From positions 124,001 through 188,000 of the forward strand of contig JAHLTZ010000015.1 in assembly GCA_025786725.1 (NCBI GenBank): 64,000 nt of DNA. The letters run 5' to 3'. The position numbers and the translations under genes are program-made. The notes under the pieces were generated by a model that did not search any database, was not told the DNA's origin, and worked only from the letters and a program-made list of their open reading frames with translations. The stretch is from Syncephalis fuscata S228. Its lineage: Eukaryota; Fungi; Zoopagomycota. Within the stretch, counting starts at the first letter, position 1. Each line of letters begins with the position of its first letter. Positions 29,485-40,313 of the stretch are shown here, one piece after another.

Positions 29485-30368
29485 ATGTCACAATCAGCAA
29501 CGAGTACTCGGCAGAGATTGGTAAGACAGCAGCGACTATGGACTTCACCCTTGGCACCGATGACGCTGGCCGGTAAGTAATGCTTGAAGTAAGCCACTAC
29601 CATGACTATTGACGTAGCAATATGTATAAAGAGACGGATCGTCTTGTGGCCAGTATATGTCCACTGCTTGATAGTAAGGCATTGCCATTATGCGTGGCAC
29701 GTGAGAGTATTCCGTATACATCGGTCGATGCACTAGAAGGTGCAGATAAACAGAGTAATAAAGCCTTGACAGCAGCACATGGCCAACAGCATGATAAGAG
29801 TGTCTATCAACAGCCACTTGAAAGATTGGCCATGAATTGTCAAAATCAATATGAGGTACAGCATGAGTTACAGAAACAGGCAGCAGTTGTACACATGTAC
29901 GGTGCCTGTCAGCCATTACATCACAATGCGGCCAAAGCAGTTTATGCTTATCGTCGATTGCGCACCCTCTTCATTATGACCACAACATTGACGTGTGGTC
30001 ATCGTGCTCTACGCTGGAGTACTCGTCGTGGCTGGTTAACACGTTGGTTTAGTCCACAACAGCTATACCGTGCCAATAATACAACACGCTGGTTAGCTAT
30101 TGCTAGTATGGTTGTATTGGGTGGCTGGTATTGGTGGCAATGCCGGTCAGTGGGTGGACTTGGCTGGTGGCATGCCATGTATTATCGTTATGTAACAACG
30201 CCACCTGTCACTGTACATGTCACAAATTCAACCTTACTAGATACTAATCAAAGCGATGATGAGTCTGAACCAACTGCGGTAGAACACTTTCTTGTTCATC
30301 GACGTATTATTGCGCAACAAAAATTACAGGCTACGGGCACAGCATTAGATTTACTTCCAATTGTTTAA
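29485..30368 (+). CDS. Hypothetical protein with one C-proximal TM segment
   Basis: 248-aa open exon (29622-30368) with an upstream GT-AG intron. The start is ambiguous (ATG 29485 or 29538). No family recognised. Confidence 0.6.
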
Positions 30369-30519
30369 GTGTACATAGTTTTTTTTAGATTATATCCTTA
30401 TAAAATAACAATTGCCATTCCATATTCATTGCATTAATGTAGTAATTATGACACAGTGTTTAAAGAACAATTGTTATGCTATTAAAACAATCTCAACAGT
30501 GGACACGCTGTAATTAGAA

Positions 30520-31183
30520 TTAAACAGTGTTACGAAGCACTAATAAAATACATAAATTAGCAATAAATTACCTATAATATTGTTATAAATATCTTACCAA
30601 GAATGACCGAATCGCCTCTTAGAAACATCTTGCTAATAAACCGATCTTTGTTAACTGGCTTGGCCTTCTTTTGGCCTTTGGCTGCTCTTGGTGCTTCGGA
30701 CCACATCTAATTAATTTGTTAGTAAATACTGCTTATAGTATTATTGATGAACAAGTTACCTCTTTAACATTCTCCAATACCATGTTGCAATGACGATCGA
30801 ATGCCTTAACGCGCGCCAATAGCTTATGGTTGTTGCGACAGCTGATAAGTACTTGTGTGTTGTTGCGTACTGCCTGTTGAAGTACGGAAAGTGGACCCGT
30901 ATTGAATTCTTCCTCTTCTAGCTTGCGCAACTCCTCTTCGCTAAGCTCTGCTTTAGGTTTAGACGCAATTGCCGTACTAGAATAGAGTGAGAGAGGGGAG
31001 GCGATGGCGATCGTGGCCAATGCACAAAACGATGAGGTTAGTCATTGTCTTAATAATTGGAATCTAGATGTGGTGACGCGTTCTAAAGTACGTGTTCCAC
31101 TGTATTTATTATCTCTCATCATCATGACTATTATTTACAGTCATCTTTATAACCATCCCCGTAAGAACGCCTACTTACCTCAT
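30520..31183 (-). CDS. SMD2: Small nuclear ribonucleoprotein Sm D2
   Basis: [50 protein letters not shown] and [15 protein letters not shown]. The first exon carries only ATG-AG before a gtaagt donor. Confidence 0.96.
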
Positions 31184-31469
31184 GCTGTAATCTTTGTGAA
31201 TAGAATATAAATGGATGGATAGATAGATGGATGGATAGATGATTTGTTAACTGGTCAAATAAACAACATAGAACACTTGATGGATGGATGGATGGATGAT
31301 GGATGTTTCTTTGATGACGTGTAATTTAGAAATCAAAACATTGAGTCACACTAAATATACATTTTATTATATGCTTGCTTGAACCTAATTGATAATAGTG
31401 ATAATAAATATTAGTTGCTATTCAATAATTAATAGTGTATATTGTAGGATTAGTCAGTAGTTTTTAGTA

Positions 31470-32799
31470 TTATCCAAGTAGTTGGGCGTATTTCAATAGC
31501 TCTTGATCGTTAACTAAATGATTATAATATTGGTTATCAAACGATATGCAAACATCTAGTCCATTCTTAAGTGTTCCACAGGGAGATGGGGCATCGAGTA
31601 TCGTAATAAGTTCTTGAATGGCATTCATAAGTCGTCGACAGCATACTGGATTACCTTCGCCAAAATTTACGGTATAATATCCAAGTTTAGACCAATCGGT
31701 ACTAACAAAATCGGCATGCTTTACCCAATTGGCAGCTCGATCAGCCAAGGATAGTTTACTATGAATGTCGCCGCATGCCATCCAGTCTGGTATAGTTATT
31801 CTTTTACCAGAAATAACTGCTTGTCGATGAGCGAAGGCAACATGACCAATTGAATTGTTTAAAACTTCATCAGCGGTCAGTTGTAGCTCGGTTAAATGTA
31901 CAGCGTTACCAAAATAATTGACAGGAAATTCTGGTAGATTAGGCCGCATGTTAAGCGCAGAATATTCAACTAATGGCTGATCTTTGGGTAAATTACGTGC
32001 TCTTATGCATGCACGCCAAAATAATGCAACTACAACATCAATGGTGGAAACGTGGACTGCTTCATATGCTGCGTCATCTAGCGGTGCTATGGCATCTTTT
32101 TTTAATTGTGTTAATTGATCAAAAGTTAGTCGATACATTAATGATTGTCTTGGCATAAATGATTCATCACTACTAATTTGTGACTTGTTAAAAGCACCTT
32201 GTTCTATTAGTAGTTTATTCGACTCGGGAGAAAGACGTAGAAACTGTCGATCATGGCTGGGCGGTGGCGGTGTTTCTCCACGAGCAAATGCTGCCCATGA
32301 CTTCAATAGCATCGACCATCCAGATCCATCTGCAATGTAATGATGGCCCGCTACACACATAACTAATCCAGAATTGTTTGCAAATCGTGTTATTTTAATG
32401 GCAAGCAATGGCATATTCTCTGTTGATGGTTGTACAATGGCACGCCATTCATTTGTTAAATCTTTGTACGGCCAATCGGGCTCAAATTTTGCAATGTCAT
32501 TTCTGAATCGACTTCGCTTATTAAAACACCTTTGCTAGATGGCCTCACTTCGTATTCGCCATCCTTCCGTTTGGTCAATCGACCACACACAATAGGATAT
32601 TGATTGATTGTTTTGCGAAGACTAATAATCAAAGCATCTATTGGCATAAATCTGCTTTCTGTCGATGATTTTTGTAGAAAAGCAAACGCTGTGCGTATAT
32701 TGGACCGGGAACATAGTCTGCATGGCTTAATTGATACGTCTTCTGTTTAGAAACATTAGCTAACGTTAGCCAAATCTCTCTATCATTTCCCACACTCAT
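31470..32799 (-). CDS. BAHD/Tri101-type CoA-dependent acyltransferase (intronless), copy 1
   Basis: YPIVCGRL, catalytic HxxxD (HHYIADG), YFGN, and DFGWG-like NFGEG. Two 1-nt deletions relative to the near-identical segment at 38725-39180. Confidence 0.88.
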
Positions 32800-33952
32800 A
32801 TACAGTAAACGGCTTAAAAGTTTGGTTCACTATTATACTAAAAAAACAGAATAAATGGTCGCTCGGCTACTAGATTGTACGTTGAGCAGGGTATATGATA
32901 CTGAAGCAATTAAACATTAAAACCTTTATAAAATTTTGAACTTTATTTAGCATGGATACAAACAATGAGATGTGTACTTTTTTTACAAAAAACTAGGCAG
33001 CTTGGCCGATAATGTAAAAATATGTTGTTTTTGCAATATGAAGGATAAAAATTGTATATTCTTAAACCCTATAGCAATTATAGCTAGCCAAGAAATTAGA
33101 CTACTTATTTGCCAAATAACCAAGTAAAATGACTTGGTTAAAATTTTCTCTTGACTATACCTATAATCTTGATCAATTATATTTAAATATGATTCTAATC
33201 AAATGCTCGTTTACAGTTTACTGGTGTGAACATAAGCTGAATGACATGGACCAATTTGTTACTAATCATTATAATGCCCAGAATTCTTTTATGCAGTATG
33301 TCGTTCTTGGACCAATCCGAGATCACTTTAATTTACAAACTCCGAACTATCAGCACTTATTTCACGGCAAGGATGGTTCCAATTATTCATATCTGTTTGT
33401 TTCTACTAAATGCTGATAGCTTATCAATTGAATAGTGAATTTAAACTTGGAACTTTTAATCGGATGATTGTACTGATACAATCAGAGCTTTAATTTACAT
33501 TGCTTATACTCTATTCTATTCTTGGAGTAATTGGCTGAAACTTTATCTTACTAGCTATTATTTAGCAAAATAAAATTACACACAATGTAGATTTAACAGC
33601 TGAAAATATCACAAATATTATTAGTTAGCTGTAATGATGTATTTGAATTATTACTTGCATTTGCTTATTAGTGGATTTGCTAGTACAGTATAGTGGGAAC
33701 GATATCAATCACGATGATAAGAAGTACTAGCTCCGCAGAAAATCGTGGGCAATTGCCCATACTGCTCCATGTAGGCTGAGTATACTTGGAACCAAATAAT
33801 AGCCGGGGCAATCAATACATATGATACAACAAGCGACAATATCGAGCTATAAAAGGGTTCGGTAAGCAAGTACTTGCTAATATGGCTGCAACAATTTATC
33901 TCTCTAATAGCTTACTATTATTTCTACCCAATAAGCTGCACACATATTTACC

Positions 33953-34399
33953 ATGACTAAGACTGCTTTCATTACACTGATCGCAATGGTGTCTGTGACG
34001 CTGAGCGTACAGTCGACCAACGCTGCATCTCTACAGATGGCTAGTCAAAATAATCAATCTTTCAACACCACGGCTCAAAACACTCTATCCAGGCGGGGCG
34101 ATGGCACTTTTTATAACATAGGGGGCGGATACACAGCCTGTGGCGAAACTCACTCTGATAACGAATTCTACGCGGCCATAGCTCCTTCCTTCTTCACAGC
34201 AGCTAATCGAAACAGTGACCCAATGTGTCAAAAGTGTGCCCTTGTAACTGGACCAAAGGGCCAAGTCAAAGTGCGTGTTAACGATGTTTGTCCATCATGT
34301 GCGCATGATGCTATCGATATGACTCCAGCGGCTTTCAATCAAATTGCCAATCCAGAACAAGGCCGAGTGTCCATTAGCTGGGATTTTACCAACTGTTAA
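33953..34399 (+). CDS. Secreted expansin-like / RlpA double-psi beta-barrel protein (loosenin-like)
   Basis: Signal peptide, RR site, GDGTFY..G..ACG, VxVxVxDxCPSC...IDMTPAAF..IA...GRVSISW. TATAAAAG near 33848. Confidence 0.9.
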   Translation: MTKTAFITLIAMVSVTLSVQSTNAASLQMASQNNQSFNTTAQNTLSRRGDGTFYNIGGGYTACGETHSDNEFYAAIAPSFFTAANRNSDPMCQKCALVTGPKGQVKVRVNDVCPSCAHDAIDMTPAAFNQIANPEQGRVSISWDFTNC

Positions 34400-35255
34400 A
34401 TGGGCGTAAATTCATTTGTTTGTATGTATTTTGAAACAAGTTTTGTATTTTAATTTACAATGTTGATCATAAATAAATTGAATACAAGATTTGATAATTA
34501 AAATGACTACGTTGACTATCATACTGCGTTTTAATAATAGCATTGTTAATTAATTAGAATAAAAGACAGTAGTTGGCCTATTATACATATTTTTTGAGTT
34601 TTATATTGTTGTAAAATATGTTTAACTTTATAATCTTTAAAATGTTATGCTGTATGAATACAAATTATAATGATATAAATATATAGAAAATATATATGTA
34701 CTAGATAGAATTGACAATGATAATAAACCTACGATAATGAGTACTTGATAGTTGATGCTATTACCACCAAATCCCATGTTTAATAAAACAATGTTAATTC
34801 AATTGCGTAAATATTATTAAGAATAGTCTTCAACCTTTAAATCCTACTAAATTGTTAATAAATTGCTTAATGGCTGTGTAATAGTCTTAATACAAACAAT
34901 ATCAATAAATATACTATTGATATTGTCAATAAAATGGCTAATGTTTTGTGATTGTAGTGAATACAAATTGGATACGAACATGATATAGCAATTTGATTGC
35001 ATATAATTAAAATAAAGCCATATGTTTATTACTTCAAATTTGCATATCTGAATAGACATAGATGAATGCAAGTTTGCTAGTAATACAATAGGATCATGGC
35101 TAAATATGAATAAACAAGCATTGGTTGGACTTGCGATATAAATAGACTGAACGGCAGTTGTCAAATGGTCTTGTCCTTTACCGAACATATACCTAAAGTG
35201 CATTGAACTAGCAAATGTAGTTGTAATACCAATGCTGATGTCTTGAAAGTGCCGG

Positions 35256-36882
35256 TTATTCTATGTTCATAAATGTACATATTATATGTCATATAATTAG
35301 CGTATAGCAAATTATGTGCAATATTACTTACTTTCTATTAGTATAAATTATTAAACATGCACAGTGCATGACATATATTGAATAAATAGTCAAGTATTTT
35401 ACAATGCGCTTACCAGCTATTAACACAAATTGTTAAATATAAAATACATATAGCATATGCTTAGAAAATGATTAATATTCATTCTACTTACCAGCTATTA
35501 ACACAAATTATTAAATATAAATAGTATGCGACATGTATTAGTACATGATTGATTAATATAAAATGTCACCTACGCTCTATTGATACATATTATTAAGCAC
35601 AAACAGTGTATGGCATACGTTTAGTGTATAGTTAATTGATATACAATGGAACTTACGAGCTATCATACATGTTATTAAACACACAATATATGGATATGCT
35701 TAATGAATAGTTAATCAATATACAATATTACTTACTAGCTAGTAGTATAAATTATTAAACATGCACAGTGCATGACATATATTGAATAAATAATGAAGTA
35801 TTTTACAATGCCACTTACCAACTATTAACACAGATTTTAAATATATAAGCATGGCATATGTTTAATAAATGACTAGTTAATATACAATGTACATACACTC
35901 TATTCACATTATTAGTAAACACACACAGTGCATATTTATGTTTAGCATATTGTTAACCAATATACAATGCCACTTACTCCCTATTAATGCAAGTCATTAA
36001 ACAGACACAGTGTATGACGTATGTTTAGTGCACATTTAATTGATATACAATCCACTTACATCCTGTTAGTACAAGTACATTAAATAGGCAGTGTATATCA
36101 TGTTTTAGTGCATATGCAATTAATATACAATGCCACTTACTCGCTATTGATGCAGAGTATTAGTTAGACACAGTATATATTGGATGGTTAGCGTATTTCG
36201 ACTGCTATACAATGGCACTTACATGCTATCAATAGAATTATCAGTTACACACAGTACATGGCATATATTTAGTGTGTATTCATTAATCTACAATCCTACT
36301 TACCTTCTATTAATACAAGTCATTAAACACGTACAGTGTGTGCTATAACTTAGCCTCTAATTAATTAATATACGCCGCTAATTACCTTCTATTAACATAC
36401 ATTGTTGAGCACATACAATGAATGGCATATGATTAGTGAATAGTCGGTTAATATAAAATGTCACTTACTAGCTATAGTACAAATTATTCAAACCACACAA
36501 TACACAATACATAATTAATACGTAGTTAATTTATTTAAAATGCCACTTACCCTCTATTAATACAAGTTGTTAAACATCCACGGTGCATTTCATATGTTTA
36601 ATATGGATTTAGTTAATATACAGCATTACTTACCATCTAGTAAAGCCAAATTAACAGCAAAAGTATATTTAGTGGCTAAATAAATAAATATTATAATTGT
36701 AACATACTTCATGAATTTTATTTAGACTGGTATCCGCGGCTGTACTAACTTTAGTTAACTAAATAATTAGTTATTGTAATTACAGCATACCATTATGATT
36801 TATTTGGACTGGCATCCACCATGGCTGTACTGGCTACAAAAGCCACAAGAATGGTGCAAACGACAGCAATAGAAAGCTTCAT
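35256..36882 (-). CDS. Small secreted peptide gene assembled from 17 three-nucleotide micro-exons
   Basis: Exon 1 (36882-36791) encodes signal peptide MKLSIAVVCTILVAFVASTAMVDA. Exon 2 runs 36739 (or 36744) to 36708. It is followed by 17 NNN exons each flanked by YAG and GT, and a terminal exon from 35260. The reading phase is uncertain because exon 1 has an in-frame TAA at 36795-36793. Confidence 0.75.
35261..36707 (-). repeat. Degenerate tandem array with 78-83 bp period; each unit is one intron plus one 3-nt exon
   Basis: The plus-strand pattern tacaatgccACTTAC-NNN-CTAttaa recurs 17 times with diverged AT-rich interiors. Confidence 0.92.
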
Positions 36883-38610
36883 GGTGATATTGAATTGTTG
36901 AGACAAACAAGTGAATAGGCGATATAGCACGGCTAGTAGAAAGTAGATGATGGTGAGTGTTCGGCAAGAGTAGAATGTGATGATAATACCACTAGTCAGT
37001 TACATGTATTGTATGGACTATATAAATACACGACTATGCTGGTATTTCAGCACGGTGTATGTATGAGCTATACCATTAATGTGCAATGTGAACCAATAAC
37101 GGCGCATCCACATGGTAACTTCAGGCATATGTATACCAATATATCAATAATGTGCTAACATGCAGCATAGTTTTGTTTTATTTTCTGGGCATTTATACAT
37201 ATGAATGACAATTTAATCAACTAAACCATATGCGATAGAAATGCACCTATCAATGTGTAGTATATTGTTACACAGCTCGCCTATGCGATGCATACTAAAT
37301 TTATTGGTTCTAGAAATAGCAACAATGCATTGCTATGCCTTTATTATTGCTTTCGCTGATAATATCAATCCTCAATATTTACAGGTATTCCAAACAGCGC
37401 ATAACACCAATGTGACAGGAACACTAGTGCATTAAACGTGTATTGCTTTACAGGTATCCATTGTTCTGTATAGAACAGTTGTAGCTATTCGGCCTTGAAA
37501 CTATACCGATTGGTTTACATGTTCATTCGATCTGGCACTATAATTAATGCTTACAAATAAGTTGTTCATTTAGTACGTGCTATCAACGGCCTATATAAAT
37601 ATTGTTTTTAATTGACTACCAGTATTAATTGTTGACTGTTCATGATATGTAGTTTCAACAATAAAGTATTTTAAACAAGTATCGGTGTAGCTGACGATTC
37701 AGTTTTAAAGTGACGCAGATGAACCAAATTGTGTATAGTACAATGTAAAATATTAAACTACATCCATAAGACAGCTCCACCAAATAAAACTAGCTTAAGT
37801 AGGCTATTATGCTTTAACCAATATAACAGGAAACGCTTGACAAGAGGGAAAACGGATGAGAGGGGATCAGTCAGTATTATTCGATATTGCCATGCAAGAG
37901 TCTACTCATGAGTATTGTAGGTAATAAAGTATATGGCATAAGTTAATGTTTATTCTAACTTCTATGCTACTAAATAGAAGAAAAAGGAACTCTGGTCATT
38001 GAATTGTAATGCGTGTTTTGGATTGTTTATGTCATTTGTTACCATTTGGCTAGATCAAGTTGTAGCATAGTGTCTTTTTATGATATTATGTACAATTAAT
38101 CTAAATACTAAAGCACTATTTTACGTCATTTTCAATTAGTTTACATACGATTTATACCACTTTTGAATAAGCAGCAGACTATTGACAAGTCTTGTGCTAA
38201 TTATATATCTGTTTGTTGCTATGCTCTATTCCATTGTTTAATTTAATTAATAATAATAGAAATGACTATATCTATTGTCCAATTATTAAAAAAAATAAAT
38301 GTTATAACATCAATATCAATGTAATAGCATGCTGGCCGCATGGCAATAATAATTTAATGCATTTATTTGTATCTATTGTAAAAATATTCATGTACTAATA
38401 ATCCAGGTTAAGATTATTTTGTACATAAATTGCAACACAAGTTAGTACAAAAAATTCAGACTTTAAGTTTAGCCATTGATTACAAATGTATTGCTAATGA
38501 GGTCTTTGCTCTACACAAGCAACAAGTTTTGCGTTATTTAATGTTTATAATCAATCTTCGTCTTTTAGTGTTTGTAATCGAATTTATTATCGCTATTGGT
38601 TTAAATCGAA

Positions 38611-39916
38611 ATGATTGTTGGTGAGATGAACAAAACGTGGTTAGCGTTATATGATGAACGTTTGCAGCAGGTGTATCAACTGAGCCATACAAATTATAGG
38701 CCACCTTCACTTTATATAAACCGATTGCTTTTCTACAAAAATCATCGACAGAAAGCAGTATTTATGCCAATAGATGCTTTGATTATTAGTCTTCGCAAAA
38801 CAATCAATCAATATCCTATTGTGTGTGGTCGATTGACCAAACGGGAGGATGGCGAATACGAAGTGAGGCCATCTAGCAAAGGTGTTTTAATAAGCGAAGT
38901 CGATTCAGAAAATGACATTGCAAAATTTGAGCCCGATTGGCCGTACAAAGATTTAACAAATGAATGGCGTGCCATTGTACAACCATCAACAGAGAATATG
39001 CCATTGCTTGCCATTAAAATAACACGATTTGCAAACAATTCTGGATTAGTTATGTGTGTAGCGGGCCATCATTACATTGCAGATGGATCTGGATGGTCGA
39101 TGCTATTGAAGTCATGGGCAGCATTCGCTCGTGGAGAAACACCGCCACCGCCCAGCCATGATCGACAGTTTCTACGTCTTACATCAAAATAAGATATGAG
39201 CCAAAATTAAAGCTATTTAAGTAAAAGTCAAAATGAAGGCGGCTCTATCACTATCCCAGTTTATAAAACCTTTATTGTTTAATTCATTTCTGATCAGCTT
39301 GTATTGTCAAATAACAATGCAATAAAAACTCTTAGCAAACAAGAGTAAAAAACAAATTGATTTTCCACCATTAATTTCGTATTAGCATTGCTATGGCGAG
39401 CAAGCATCCGAGTTCGACAAATTTCAAAAAATCAACCAATAATTTCACTTTCGGCTTTTAATATGCGCTCTAACATATCTAAATTGCTGATAATTATTTT
39501 GGAAATGCGTACAACATATTAATAGTTCAAATAACAGCAGGTAGTATAGTTGCTATGCACAGCCAGTCAGTAAATAAAGCCCGATCAGAAATAAAAGACG
39601 CATGGCTCTTATTTTCAAAACTTCAAAATAATAGTGCAATCACTAACCTAGTTCCTGATTCACAAAATGTTATAGCATTTGCTACTAGTGATTGGTCAAG
39701 ATTTGGCTACTATACACTAGATTTGGTGATGGAGTTCCTGTGTACTATCGAAGGTTTATGTCGTCTGCTCAACGTAGTGCCGTTATCTTTGGCACGCCGC
39801 CATCGCCAAAGACCGCTATAGCAGGCTTAGATGTATGTATCAACAAAGAAGAAAAGATTTATGGCCACTTATTAAAGATCAAGAGCTGTTCACCTACGCA
39901 AAAATTATTGGTTAAA
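38611..39916 (+). pseudogene. BAHD acyltransferase copy 2, chimeric pseudogene
   Basis: The 5' part is intact (HHYIADG), then TAA at 39190-39192. The downstream homologous region has nonsense codons and frameshifts (E*KTN*FSTINFVLALLWRA versus ERETDWFSTMDVVIMLLWRA). Confidence 0.8.
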
Positions 39917-40313
39917 ATTATAAACAGCGCTGTTATAACCATTACTTATTTTTGGTAATTCAATGGTGTCCTTATTCTTAGACAAAAAACCTAGCATTTA
40001 TACTATAAATTGTGTTTTTCAAATAATAAGACATGACTTTTATAAAATACATAATAAAATTACATTTGGTAATTGCATCATATATCACAATATTAGCAAT
40101 TCAATAAATTAATCAATATATATATCGTAAATGTCTATCAATTATCAAAATAAACATCATAAACAACACTACAATACGCTATATATTTTTAATTATATAA
40201 CATTAAGTAAACACTTATTTATAGTTCCCATTATAAATATAATCCAATTATCTATTAGATCAAAACTTTCACTATTAACTTAAACCAGCCATTTATTAAC
40301 AATTCATTTAGGA

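Noticed and set aside
31040-31130. Box C/D snoRNA in the SMD2 intron (ATGATGA)
   Set aside because: No matching CTGA D box or terminal stem.
34847-35203. 118-aa ORF as a stand-alone gene
   Set aside because: Its composition is largely AT-noise-like. It is better explained as the terminal exon or 3' UTR of the micro-exon gene, coding only in the phase-0 model.
35261-36707. CRISPR-like array or plain minisatellite
   Set aside because: The context is eukaryotic with no cas genes. The conserved parts are splice signals and the variable core is exactly 3 nt, which fits exon-intron units.
35261-36707. Recursive splicing (zero-length exons) or stwintrons
   Set aside because: Acceptor and donor are always separated by 3 variable nucleotides that do not rebuild a splice signal. 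Not fully excluded without cDNA.
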